From Camelus dromedarius (taxonomy: Eukaryota), in NCBI RefSeq assembly GCF_036321535.1, contig NC_087437.1, positions 42,658,001 to 42,722,000 on the forward strand: a stretch of 64,000 nucleotides of DNA, in the 5' to 3' direction. A program made the position numbers and the translations under genes. This document shows positions 38,856 through 52,386 of this stretch, piece after piece (positions within the stretch are counted from its first letter, which is position 1; each line of letters starts with the position of its first letter). The notes below the pieces were generated by a model. That model saw only the letters and a program-made list of their open reading frames with translations. It was not told the DNA's origin and ran no database searches.

Positions 38856-41807
38856 AGATACCACCATTATAAAACAATTTTGAAAATAGGCTCATTTTCA
38901 CATATTTGGTATTTTAGATTTCATCTTGCCTGCCACATGGCATCAAAATTCTGCAGCAAAAACAAACATCGATCTAAAGGTGGGAAATAATGCAAAAAAA
39001 GGTGATAGGTATCATTAGAATCTTTACAATTGTACACATCAAAATATATATGATAGAAACAAGTTATAGCAGGATTTCTACTCTTGATAAGATAGCAGTA
39101 ATTAGAAATCAGTCTTAGGAATGTTCAAGCACCTACTGGTAAACAATGACATTAGTTTGATGAAGTGAACAAAGAGTTTGACGAGGGAGTCTAGGCATCC
39201 CTTTTGGTTGAAGTTAAAAAAAAAATGATATCCATATCTACCACTCTGGATATGTTATTTTAAAAAGGAAAGAAATTGTTAATATTTTTTCCTAGAGCCT
39301 TTGTATCACTTATTATCATATTTTAAATGGCAATACTCAGCTAATTAATTTCAGAATGTATCTTTGCTGAACCTAAAACCATAAAGTTATGGTTCTTGTA
39401 GTCTTCTACATGACAAAACAATGTGCATTTATTTTTATCAGAAGCAAAACTACATGATGGTTTTCAAGCTGATTTTTGTGTTAACGAATCTCCTAAAGAT
39501 ATGCAATAGACCTCACATTTACATAAAATTAAAGAAAGGATGCTTCAGCAAATGCAAATAAATGCAAAAAGGGAATATTTTAATTTTGATCCATGATTAG
39601 TCTCAACCATCACAATGTGGTAATAATACAAAAGCACGATTCTGCATTCAGTGTATAACTAATGGTTGTAAGCTATTTATAGACTTGAGTATCTTGATTA
39701 ATTTATTTATTTTGAGAAATATATTTATGTTTCAGATTTTATTTTAAAATCTGAGATCTTCAAAAACATTTTAATATTAGAAACATATGCACTGGCTTCT
39801 GCAGTTCTGCAATATGACAGGCCCAGCAAAATGATTTATTTCACTTGGTGCATTATTAATTGTATGAATTGACTGTTTAACCTCTATTGATTTGCATTTC
39901 TTACTTAAGGTTCAACTTAGAATCAGAAGCAAAAGTTATCTTACAATAGAATAAAAAGGATACAAGAATTAATTCTAGCATAATAGGGAAGATTATTTTA
40001 CTATTCACTATTATATATCCTTCCCTCAGTAATATTCAGGGTCTTGAAAGAGCACTCTTAGTTTTAAAATAGAAGTTTCTAAGTCTAAATCGTGAACCTA
40101 TTGAAACTAATACTTGCATCCTTAGGAACTGTAGCATTTTATTGCTTCTTGGTGGATTATGGTGCAATTTTTGATAAATGTTCATTACTTATTTGTATAA
40201 CACTGAATTAGATTTTGACATGACCATACTATTGGAATCCTTTTTATTATTAAAAATGATTTGAAAATCCATCAAACTATTCTAAAGTCCAGGAGATATT
40301 TTCCTTAATATGTAGGCCATGTTGGTGACCCTTTTTATGTATAGTTAAAGCCATGGAGAAGGTGATGATTTTTTTCAAGTGTATCTCAATTCATCATTGT
40401 TTACATATGCCTATAGATTTTCTGGACTATTCCTGATTTCAGTTATTTTTTCCATTGTACTCACAAGTCACCCAAGTAGCCCAGAAATTCCAATATTTTG
40501 ACATACTGAAATATATGTTGCCTTTCCAATATTGTTCCTTTCAAATGGAAATGCAGTAACATTCTTCGATGTACCATATGTCCAGAAGCTATGGTTGCAT
40601 AAAATGTTTGCAGAAAATACAGTCAGAATTTCTTTTGGTGTCAAAGAGAATCTGCATTTAGGTTCTGCAGTTTACTTAAGAAAGAAAATTTCTTTCAAGC
40701 AGGTTACCTTGTGAATTTCAAAGTAATTTTGTTGTCTGCAGGTTCTTAATGTTAAGCTTAAGCCTACAGGCTTGCAGTCTACAAGCTTAGGGCTGTGAAG
40801 AATCTTTGGTGGAACTTTTGCCATCATAGTGAATGTAGAGTTGTAAATGAATTTTACCATGTTGGCAGATCTCCCGCTCACATAATGAGTCTTAGTATAA
40901 TTGAGACTTATGTTTCCTACTGGTAATTAACAGGGCAGGCATTGCGTTTTCATGCTGATATTAGTTTTGTTATTTGTATCCAAAAGAAATCCAGAATATG
41001 TGAGATCAGAGAATGGGCAAGACTAAAGTTCTAGGTAAATTGCTCTAAGTCAGGGAAGTAGAGATAGAGGCATGATAATTCTAAGAAAAGAGTTATTTGA
41101 AAGGCATAATATAGTCACTTTATCTTTTGTAGATTAAACTGAGTATTACCCATGATAAGAGCAAGGCCTTTAGGAGACAGGAGATAGAGGGCATTTTTAG
41201 GGAAAAAAAGATAGGCCTGGGTAACCCTGAGGATTCTGGGAAGCCACAAGATAACACAATGATTCAGAGGTCTGAAGAGGGATAGAAATATACAAAAGAA
41301 ATCTTTAAAGGTCTAGATAAAAAAGTGTTTCACACTTTTGGACAACTGTCACACTCACCCTGCATAGATAGCATCCTCTTAATCAGCTATACCATCACCA
41401 AAAAACCACAGACTTTTAAGTCGTTGCTCATTGGTTCATGGTTGAAATTTCCACCTACCATTCTCAATATCCTGGGCAATTTTGGAAATCCTTCTTATCC
41501 CTTACTTACTTTATTCATCTGCTCCTTTTTTTTTTTTTTTCCTGCAGTAATTGCTACTGCAGTTATCTGCCTTTTTATGTTGTCCTGCATTATAGATAGT
41601 TATTTATGTGTCTATTTCTTCCATTAGGTTTTGAGATGCCCTTTGTGATCTCTATGATTGTCTAGCTTAATATAAACCAGGTAGTAAAGTAATGTTTTTT
41701 GTTTTGTCTTATATGTAAATGGAATGGAAGTTAACCATAGGAGCTCATGTTATAGCCTCCGCTTGCATGGACGGTACTTTCTTGCAGTTATTTACACTTC
41801 ATTTTAC

Positions 41808-41953
41808 CTGTGCGCGTGATTCAGGGCAAGGTCAGGTTTCCTCATTCGTAAATAGCACATAACAAGCTTTGTCTCAATGAAACTTGCCACGCTTGCTATA
41901 TCTTCAGAAGATGCTTCAAATGGTTTTCCCAGAGCTGCCCCTTTGCTGCAAAG
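41808..41953 (-). CDS. SPATA16: SPATA16 internal coding exon (orthologous to human exon 3), TPR region
   Basis: Translation LCSKGAALGKPFEASSEDIASVASFIETKLVMCYLRMRKPDLALNHAH(R) matches recalled SPATA16 protein. Minus-strand acceptor ...gtgttttttt-aaag|CTT (AG at 41955-41954) and donor CACAG|gtaaaa (GT at 41807-41806). Length 146 nt, phase 0 start and phase 2 end, as recalled for human c.613-758. Confidence 0.96.
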
Positions 41954-44900
41954 CTTTAAAAAAACACAATACATTAAATTTCTAATCACCTTGACATATA
42001 ATTGATCTTTTAAATAAGCAAAGCATATATATGTACACATACTTTTCCAAACTACAAGTAAAGTATTGACATTTTTATTATAAATTAAGTAAATTGTTCC
42101 TGTTCACTATTAAGTGACTTTAAGTAACACATTTTACTGTAAAATGCTTCCTGTAAAATATTTTTAAAGTACGATATATTTTAAAGGGATGCCATTAGCT
42201 AAGAATGTCGGTTTTAAAAATAAAACACACAATAAGCAAAGATATTAATAGAAAGCCAAGTATAAATCATATTAAATACCAGTGCTTTTACGAAAACCTA
42301 GCTGAGCAATGATCTAGCACAGTATCAAGTTTGATTTAATATAATAAAGGGTGTCAGAAGTAAACTCCTAGGAGCCATTAACATGATCGGTGATTAATTT
42401 GAGTCTGAATCATATTCTCTAGGATGTTATTGAAAGAAAAGAAGTGAAAATTTATTAGAACTTATTGGCAGAGGCCACAGTTCTGAAAAACATGGCAGGA
42501 ATGTGAAATTCTTAATAAAAATTCCAGGAAGTCAGTGGTTTCTGGGCACCATAGATAAACTGGAGAAAAGAAAATTAATTTTGGGGGGAGAACCCAAAAC
42601 ATTAAGGAGTGTCAATAATATGGCAAGGGTAGATTGGCACTTTCTTTTCCCTCAGAGTTTTCTACTGTTTCTTAGAATCAAGGCTGATGGGGAAGAGGAA
42701 ACTCCACCTCTATTTAAGTGACCTTATTCAGAATATCTTTGCTCTTTTCTGTCTCCCCTATGCTTTCTCACCAGGGGTAGTAATATTTAGAGTTGTCACC
42801 TTTTTATATACACCTAATGTAATATTTCTTATATTCTAAATCCTGTTTGCTTAAATATTATTAAAACCAAATTTTCTTTCATAGATTCAGTTGAGATGGG
42901 CTTGCCATTTACACTAAATTATTGTCAATTATTTTTTAAGGTGCAATTTGGTTGAGAATGGCTATATTCTGTTCTAAAACGTATTTCTCTTCTTAATTTT
43001 ATCCAAAAACTATAAACTGACAGAGAATCTAGGTGTTTGAACTGGTAGTTACTTGGTGCTACTAACTTTTGCCTGGATATCCGGTCAATTCTGAGAATTC
43101 ATATCATTTTTAAGTCTTTTCTAATTTGATGGATGAAATTTGTTACTGTATAGTTAAGTCAATGTGTATTTATTGAGTAATTACTAGTGATTGTCAGACA
43201 AAATTACTGCCATTAAATTCTAATTTAGATAGGTCTTTTTCATGAATTTTTGCTACCAGTCTGATCCCATAGGACCCAGAAATACCTAAACAGATAGTTT
43301 TTCCGAAAAAAAAAAAAAAAAGGTTTCTGTATGGCATAGCTCTTTATAAAGCCCAAATCAGTAAAAAGTTAAATGACTAGAAATTATGTAGTTATATTTA
43401 TTAGCATATCATAGTATTAAAATTCTAGACTTTGATTAATGTTATCCTCTAAATTAAGTTGACTTTTTTTTCATCTTAAATGCTCAAATCTCATGGATTT
43501 TTTTTTTTTTAACATAAAATCTTAAGCAAACAAAATGTACTCTTTGCCCCTGCCTCCCCTTGTGTTCCTCTCTTCTGCCATGGAGCAGACACGTCTCCTC
43601 TCTGGCACACTTTTTGTGGGATAAATGCCTGGGACATTCACAGAGTAGTCAGGAAGTAACTTCCACAAGGACATTCAACTCTTATGTGACAAAAGGAAGC
43701 TGACCTTCAGATTTAATAATATTAAAGACTTTGTCTATGAACACTGGGAGAAAGTGAAGAATAAATGCCTGGTCTTCTAGTGTCTGTAATATTCTCTACT
43801 TCTATGAGATTCAAGGCTAGAAAAGGAATAAAATGATCAGTCATAACACCCTGAAGAGTATACTTTATGAAACCAAACTATAAGACAGCAAGGAGAGACA
43901 AAGATAACTTTTCAATTCACCTTAAAATGGGAAAACAGGCAGCCTGCTGGGTAGGTTTATGTATATTTGTGGTGATTTTGGTTTATCAGTCAAGTACTAT
44001 AAGATAGAAAACTTTACTGTTTTTATCAAAGATTGCTTAATTTGTTTGTCAAAGTGTTATGTCTTTGAAATAAGCTTTGCAATGAGGCAAATTGTTATAA
44101 ATACGTTGAAGTTAAAGGCAGAATTACAGTAAATATACACAAAAATACTGGTATCAGGATTACAAAACATATTCCAGATATTTTGTTGAATTTTAAAAAT
44201 TTCATGCAGACATTTGTAAAGACTGAGAAGCTAATTTTCTAGAAGATAAAGGACTTCAATATGAGATGTATTTGTTTGAATGTAGGAATGGTGACTTAGT
44301 TCCAAGTTATATTTGTCTGAAGCTATATTCTTTACCTCTTTGGTGAAATAAGTCACGGAGATAAGGTAATAAAACTTTTAAACTGCCTGATACAGTCTAT
44401 CGGTGAGAAGACTGAATTAGGAAAAATTAGGTGTCAATTTTTTGTTTTGAAAGGAAATTTATGATATTTTTGAATGAAGCATGGACAAATTAAAAGCATA
44501 TTTAAGGGAATATGCAGTGAAAACTCTTGTGAGTATAGTTGTTTTGGTAAGAAGCTAGATATTAAAATGAGATTTCAGTAGTAAATTAGAATCATAAGCT
44601 CAAATTTTAATAAGAAATACATATTTTATAAAATATATTCAATATTTTATAAAAACAAGATTATACTTTGGAGTTATAAAACCTTTTTCTAAGGCATCTC
44701 AAAGTTCTTTTAAGAAATAAATATCAAACCTGTTTTCAGAAGTTGTGGCACAAAGGAATTTCAAGGTTTGTTTAAAAACAGATAACATAAAGCCCAATAC
44801 TAGCAGAAATAACCAAGATTAAGTATTAAGTTATGGGTCCTATTTTAAAAAATGCAACCACAAAGTTTTCTTTAATTAGGATCATTGTTAGTAAGACTGC

Positions 44901-45333
44901 TATTGCTAATAGATTCTCCCTTATTAGAATATTGTGTGAAGTTTACCCACCATACTTTTGGAATATAATTTTGAGTGATCCATGAGAATCTGGGAGAGAA
45001 CAATAAATCTTGAAAAATGTGGCATTATCTGAGTTTTATCAGATATTTGCAGATAAGAGTATATACATATCATTCAACCAATCAGAAAATTTTAAGATTT
45101 TTATATTGTTTTGGAAATTGCAAAAAAACTAAAGTTGGAGAGTAAGTCACTCATAACCCTATAACCATGTATAATTGCTATTAATTTTTAGCATATTTCT
45201 TTCCATACTTTACATGTTTTTATATAATAAATTTTATATTGTACATAATTTTTGCATTCCTTTTTCATATGCTTTGCTTCTTTTTATGTGTTTTCGATTA
45301 AAATCTAAGACATATAAAAATATCCTCATGTTA

Positions 45334-46614
45334 CAATTATAGTTGGATATTTTAATGTCCTACCCTCAGCAAATGATAGAAATACTGGAAAAAAAAATCA
45401 GCAAAGATCCAGAAGGTCTGAATGACACAATCAACCAACAGAATGTAATTGGCATGTATATAAAACACTCCACCTAACAATAGCAGAATACATATTTTTC
45501 TCAAGCACCCATGGAAAAGTCACTGATATAGACCATATCATGGGCAATAAAACAAACCTCAAGAAAGAGAAAAATATTAAAATCATTTGGAGTATATCTC
45601 TACCATAATGGAATCAAAACTCAACAGTTAAAAAAAAAGAATCCAATCGGAAAATGGGCAAAAGACATGAACAGATTTTTTTATTGAAGAGAACATTCAG
45701 ATGGTACATAAGCTCATAAAAAGGTGTTTGACATGTTTATTGTTTGACATCATTAGTTGTCAGAGAAATGTAAATTAAAACTACAATATCACGACATACC
45801 TATTAAAATGAAAAATAGTGACAGCACCAAAAGCTGAGAATGGTCAGGAATTGGATCACTTACACATTGCTGATAGGAATATAAAATGGTACAGCCACTG
45901 GAGAAAACAATATGGCAGTTGCTCAAAAAACTAAACATGTACTTTACAACTCAGCAAGTGCACCTTGGGCCCTTATTCCAGAGAAATGAAGACTTAACGT
46001 TCACCCAGAAATCCATATGTGAATGTTTATGGCAACTTAATTCATAAAAGCCCTAAATTTGAAGCAGTCTAGATGCCCTGAAATGGTGAATAATTAAACA
46101 AACTGTGGTATATCTATTCTGTGAAATATTATTCAGCTACAAGAATAAACAAGTGAGTGATAATGCAACAACTTAAGTGAATCCCTAGGGAATTATGCTG
46201 AGTGGAAAAAAGCTCATCCCAAGAAGTTATATACTGTTTGATTACATGACAAAATTATAGGGATAGAGAACAGATCAGTGATTGGAGCAGTTAGGGGTAG
46301 AAAGGGTGTTGTGGTTATAAAGGAAGGAATCCTCATAGTGATAGGACTGTAAACTGTACTGTATCTTGGCTTTGGTGGATAGATACATAGAAGACATAAA
46401 CACACACATCACACACACACAAGTATGAGTAAAGTTGGAGAAATTTTAAGATTGGTGGAATGCATGAATGTTAATATTGTAGTGGCAGGACTAGTTTTAT
46501 AAGAACTTACCAATGGAAGAACCTGCTTAGAGTAAATGGGATCTCTCTACATTATTTCTTACAACTGCATAAGAATCTACAATTACCTCAAAGTCAAGTT
46601 TACTTTAAAAAAAA
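45334..46614 (+). mobile_element. Internally deleted L1 (L1MD-like): endonuclease fragment fused to ORF2 end and 3' UTR
   Basis: EN motifs (attatagttggatattttaat..., gcagaatacatatttttctcaagcacccatggaa...atagaccatatcatgggc) join directly to aaaatgggcaaaagacatgaacaga. 3' end gggatctctctacattatttcttacaactgcataagaatctacaatt. Flanked by tcatgtta at 45326-45333 and 46615-46622. Confidence 0.85.
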
Positions 46615-47754
46615 TCATGTTAAGATTTAGGTATCTTTCATTTTATCCCCCTCCTTTTGTATTAGTACAACTATTATCACGTTTAACTGGAGTTTGAGTT
46701 AAGAAGAACAATCATATCCGAGGAAATAATTTTCCATAGGATTTTTGGGTCAAATTATGGACTGATTCTTATAAATAAAGGTAATAATTCATAATAAGTT
46801 TTGCTCTGAAGTTTTATTCAGCAGCCATTGTGAAAGGCTGCATCAGCCCCTCCACATTCTATCACTGTGATCTCCTGTTTGAGGACACTTGCCATGAGAT
46901 GAGGGTTGTATTTAGTGATATTCACAGAGAGAAGTTGGCAAGTCCTTTTGTATTATGACTTTATTATTATTTTTTTTCTTAACCATCTTTCAGTTTGCTA
47001 GCACCCGCTTCCAAGTAGTTTTTGCAAGAGGGGTTAGTTATATGGATGGTAACTTTTCTGAGTTCGTGCATAGCTGCGAATATATTTTTGCTGGCTTTAC
47101 ACATGCAAATGAATGAGGGTGAGTATATGTTTCTTGAGACATAACCATTTCTTTAAATACATAGTTCTCTATTTATATTCATCTATTTAACATATAGAGA
47201 AGAAAAAAACGATACTTTTTTTGATGAAACAACAAAATTTAAAAGAACTTCCTTATTTATTCTTTTTCCCTAAACATACATTTTTTCTATATTCTTGCAA
47301 TTCAAAATATCCTTAATTATTGCTACCATGAATCCAGATGTGTTCTATTGTCATTTATTTTGCCTGGAAAGAGGTAAGGTATTTGTGTTTCCTTTCTCAG
47401 CATTTTTTTCTTTTTTAACTTAGAAAAGTTTCCTTCACTTACATCTTTATTATTCTCATTCCAACTGACATTTTCTTTCTTACGAAAGTAATTCTAAAGT
47501 TGTATCTTCCATCTATATCCTTCATGTCAATTAGGCTTTCTGATTTGTTTCTCCTCTGCATTCTAGGAGAGTGTCTCAAGATTTTCTGCTAAATCACTGG
47601 CTTTATTTTCCCCATTATTAACTCTACTTCTTTTTATAATGATGGTAATTGCAAACATTTAAATAGTGCTCACTGTTACAAGCAATGTTCTAAGAGTTCT
47701 CCATCTGTTACCTTATTTAATAATCACTCTACAAAGAATCGGTTTCATGCTCAT

Positions 47755-48030
47755 TGCCTTAGTCCGATCAGGCTGCTGTAACAAAAAACTAAGGACTAGT
47801 TGGCTTAAAAAAAAAATATATATATATATATATATTTCTCATAGTTCTGGAGGCATGGAAGTCCAAAATCAGGGTGCGGTATAGTCCAATTCTGGTGAAG
47901 TCCCTCTTTAAGTTTGCAGACTGCCAATTTCTCATTGAAACTTCCCGTGGCAGAAAGAGAGTCAGAGAGCTCACTGGGGTCTCTTTTATAAAGACACAAA
48001 TCCTTTTCATGAGACCTCCCCATTTAATGT
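47755..48030 (-). mobile_element. MaLR LTR (MLT1A-like) with internal (TA)n
   Basis: tgccttagtccgatcaggctgctgtaacaaaa...atttctcatagttctggaggcatggaagtccaaaatcaggg...tggggtctcttttataaagacac. Confidence 0.85.
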
Positions 48031-48079
48031 TTTCCCTAGTGAGAAATTTCTCTAGTGGCACTGAAATTTTTTAATGTCG

Positions 48080-49140
48080 TAAATAAAATACATTAAGCAG
48101 CCTTTGTGCATCTTTGCCCACACATTTGATCATTTCTAAATTGTAATACTCTATCTGTTATAAAGTCTTCTTGCATATCAGAATTGCTGAGTCAGGTGTA
48201 TATATTACAATTCAAAAAACATATTTTAGAAAATACATATCATGAAAGTGCTCTCCAGAAAAGTTGTAAAAATACTTTTCCCAACAAGGTATTTAAGTTC
48301 TTGTTTTTCTGTATCCTCATGCACACTAGTTATTAGCAATGTTTTAATCTGTTTATTCTTTGCTAATCAGATGAGCAAAAATGGCACCTCACTTTAATTT
48401 GATTCATAACCACTCATGTTTATTGGCCATGTGTATGTGTATACTGCTTGTTTTGAGTTTTATTCATCTTTAAATTGGGCTGTTCTAATTCCTACTGAAT
48501 TATTTTCATTTAGAAATTTATAATTAGATTTTTTCCAAATACGTTACTTATTTTGAGTTATGTTTATCACATTTTGGTGTCAGGCTTATGCTAACAGTAT
48601 AAACCAAATTGGAAAGATTCTCATCTTTTTCAATACTCTGGAACATTTTGAAATAAATAGTTTAAAAAAACTGAGCCCAGCTCCTTTTATTTGATTATTG
48701 TTCTGTGAAGGTTTTCAATGTTTTATATCAATTTTGTTATATTTTTCTAGAAAATGATCAGTTTCATTAAGATTGCAAAGTCTGTCATTACACTGAAGAA
48801 TATTACATTCTTAGAACATTTTAAATGCCTGTGTGCCAGTGGTGTCATTCCCTTTTTCACTCTTAGTACCATACAGTTTTGTTTTCTCTGTTTATTTCTT
48901 AATTAGAATTGCAGGGGTTTAATTATTTTGTTTTCTTAAAAACAACACAGTCTTAGATTAATTTATTAATTCTCCTACTCTGCTTCCTAATTCACTGATT
49001 TTGGTTTTTATGTTGCCTTTGTTATTTTTTTCTCTTGCTTTCCTAAGTGTTTTTGTTTTATTTTGTTTTGTTCCTGTATAGTATTTTTTTTTGTTTTACT
49101 AATATCTTTAGTTGAATACTTAGTTCATTTATTTTAGTTT
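48080..49140 (-). mobile_element. Degraded L1ME-type fragments
   Basis: gaattgctgagtcagg..., ttttggtgtcaggcttatgctaacagtataaaccaaattggaaagattctc, tccctttttcactcttagtacc. Confidence 0.55.
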
Positions 49141-50021
49141 TTCTTATATATAAGGGTGTTGTGTGCTTCTGTGCTTTACTCCAGGAAAAAAAAATCATAG
49201 CTTTTATTTCCATCTTTTTTGCCAGTAGCTCTTTAAGAAAGTGTGGGCTTATTACTATTCTTTAAAATGTTGCCACCTGCTTTTCTTAGTTATTTGTGAG
49301 AATAGACCTTTTTGTTTATTCGTTAGTCATTTATAATTTGTGGTTTATGGATTGTTTGCTGAGATCCTTTACCACTTGTCTTTTACACACTTACCCTTTT
49401 CCTTGTTAATTTTTATGAGATCAGTCATGTATGTCTGGTGTTCTGGAATGTTCTGCATTTCTTTCCCCATCCTACAGACTTGAACTCCTCTGGAGAACTG
49501 TTTCTACCTCATGTTATAGCCTTTTTTGAGGTACAGGTGTTATGACTGCAGGAGCTCAGTGTTGAGGGACCCTTCTTTACTACATGGGACAAACATCTGC
49601 CTGAGAATGAAGCCAATATAGAAGGAATGGAGCCAAAGATGGAGAGGCTGGAAAGCCCAACAGTAAATCCTGAAGATGTTCTCCTAAATCAGAATATAAA
49701 AGATAATCTGAAGAGGCAGTATTCATTGGTTATTTTGAAAAAGTGAAATTAGGGAATTGGAGGAAATAGAGAAAATTATAAACAAATCAAAAATTAAATT
49801 GTAGAATGAATTTTAAACTACAAGCATCAGTAAGTGATAATATCAAGCCAGGAATGTAGAAGACGATCTCTAAAAAAGGCAAGGTATTAAAGATGCTATT
49901 ACTAATGAATTTTTACAATTTCTAAGACATTTTTATGTATATAATTACATCTGACTTTTTAATGTCTCCATGAAGTAGTTAAAACAGTTTGTCTCATTTG
50001 ACAGGTACTAAAAATGATGCG

Positions 50022-50150
50022 TGAAGGGAGTCAACTGCATAGTGATAGATGGTAATTAGACTTGTGCTGGTGACCACTTTGTAGTGAATAAAGATGTTGA
50101 ATTATAATGATAATCTACTGAAACTTACATAATTTAAAAAAAGAGAAGAA
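50022..50150 (+). mobile_element. Short laurasiatherian-type L1 3' end inserted in a MIR
   Basis: tcaactgcatagtgatagatggtaattagacttgtgctggtgaccactttgtagtg...gaaacttacataatttaaaaaaag. Reverse-MIR sequence continues on both sides. Confidence 0.65.
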
Positions 50151-51585
50151 AACCTGTGCTAAAAGAGGTCTAGTGATTTGCCCCAGTAAGTAACAGAGGC
50201 TAGAACTGATTTTTTTTAATCGAAAGTTCTCTTGCCTTCACATCAGACACATTGTCCTAAATTATTCTATTCACTAATTTTTTAAACCTTAGTACCTAGC
50301 ACCTATGTTAAGACATTCAGTAGAACTTCTTCAGTAGAACTCATCTTATTCAGTGAAACTTCTAATGGTTTTCTTTTGGAAACTATGACTTTAGGATTAC
50401 ACCTGCTTCTTTTTTTTTTTTTTTTTTTTTGCTTTCTTTTCACTGTGTAGAATCAGGATTCCTAAGGCCTGCCTGTACAAGAGCATGGTCTAAGCCAAAT
50501 GTTTGGTAGAGATTGGGTTGGTAGTTTCTTCCTGAGTCTCCTTGCAGCCAGCCTCAGTACTGTTAGAACTTACATAGATAACTTTCTTTGCCAGGAGAAT
50601 TGGAAGACGGAAAAAACAAAACAAACTTCAACCCCCAGTGTTCACCACTCTTTCTTTCACCACCTCTTCTCATTAACTTCATATCTCAAGGTGAAATAAA
50701 CCATTGCTTGTCAATTTCCATTAGGGATTAACATTTATGCATTTATGCATAGATATAAAAAAGAGAGTACTAATCGTGAAATTAGAGGGTGAAATAGCAT
50801 TGAGAGCCCCAGGAATGTGTCCTTGAACAAAGCAGGGGACTAATGGCATTCTAGTTGCTAAAGGCCCTGTGTCTCTTAGTTGGGCATGCAATAGGTAGAG
50901 GTAATAATCTATGTTTTATCATTCGTTCTTTCTTAGGGCTTTGTTTTTTGGAAAATTCCACCTAGCGTCTGGCAGGCCTTTGCAGTTAGCCTTCTTTTCA
51001 TAAATCTCTTCATGTGGGTTAATGCATACAGAGGGATGGACTTTAGGCACAACAGCTAACCACCATCTTATCCTGCAAATTTTTCAATGGGATCTTTACA
51101 ATTCCTTTTGAGATACCAAACTAAGTGTTCACACTGCAAGGGTCTCATAACTAATAGTTTTCAGTTTTAATAAATATCTTTTTATACTCCCTTAACAGAG
51201 TGGAAAGAATCTCTATGCCATAGAATAACACCCATTGGTTTTAAATTTTTTCTCATCTTGTTACATGAAAGAGGAATGAATCAGAGAGCTCATCCCTTGT
51301 AACTTTCCACATGGTGCCACATAGATCTACTAAAGTGTCTCCCTGGGAGAGACAGAGTGTGTGGGGCTAAGAGATGCAGAGAATTATGTTCACACATCGG
51401 TGGACTTAAAAGTACCATCAGGGTTTCAGGAACAGTGCTTTTCAGCCAAGTAGGCCATGATGTGACCTCTATTAAATTTATGGGAATTGGAGAAATGAGG
51501 TTACTCCCTGGGTGATAAGCTGTTGAATGACAGTAAAAAGTAATTAATCACTCCTACTCCTATTTGTTAAAATAGCTATGCTTCA

Positions 51586-51619
<34 letters not shown>

Positions 51620-51989
51620 CCCTTTCAGGTAGCCTTAAAGTAGAGGTGTGGCCAGTGTGTTCATTTCACCGTGTTTCACCTTGATCTGACCAGCCAGTAA
51701 TTTGCTTATGCTGTCAAGCATGTAGATGATACACATTAACCTTCAGGGTTTTTTTCAGGGATACCCCTAAACTCCATTTATGTTATGTGTAAAGCAGATT
51801 AGAAACATGGCGGGAGTGAGATGAATTAATACAATAAATCTTCCTTCCTTCTTGCCCCTGCATTTCAGCTCATAAAAGCAGTGATTTTAAAATGAAGATA
51901 ATGTTAACAGTGTGCTTGTTTCAAGGTAGTAATTTATATTATAAAGTAAATATGCTATCACATACAAACTCAGCTCTTATTCAGTAATT

Positions 51990-52215
51990 ATAATAGCTGG
52001 CATTTACTGAGTGCTGACTGTGTGTTTGGCATTGTGCTAAGCTCTTCATCTATAGTATCCCATTAGATATTATCTTTCATAGATGGTATCTTATTAAAAA
52101 TTATTACTCCCAATTTTCAGATGAAGAAATTGGGTTGAAGAGAGGGTACTAGCTTATCATACAGTAAGTTCTGAAGCTATGATTCAAATCCAGATCTGCT
52201 GTTTCATCTAGATTC
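51990..52215 (-). mobile_element. MIR SINE
   Basis: taatagctggcatttactgagtgctgactgtgtgtttggcattgtgctaag...ccaattttcagatgaagaaattggg...gattcaaatccagatctg. Confidence 0.8.
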
Positions 52216-52386
52216 TGTGTTTTTTTAGATAGTGTGCTCTTCAGCTGGCTGTTAATGTTAGTCACAGTCAAATCCTAGAAGGACAAATGTGAATACCAAT
52301 AGCTATCAATAATGCTGGTTTCTTATTTATGACTACTTCACTCATATTCATATACACACAGAGAAAGATAAAGTAGTCTAGTGAGA

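Larger units (their letters stand above)
14656..41807 (-). other. SPATA16: SPATA16 intron between the two exons (27,152 nt, GT-AG)
   Basis: Bounded by GT (41807-41806) and AG (14657-14656). The joined exons keep the reading frame and give a contiguous SPATA16 peptide. Confidence 0.92.

Noticed and set aside
40532..40881. Overlapping 60- and 69-aa ORFs near exon 3 as extra exons
   Set aside because: No similarity to SPATA16 or any protein I recognise, and the two real exons already join seamlessly.
51589..51630. T31 run followed by ccctttcag: strong-looking + strand splice acceptor for an antisense exon
   Set aside because: No supporting donor, ORF or expression evidence is visible. Poly(T) runs are common here. 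On the gene strand it is more likely an oligo-dT internal-priming artefact site.
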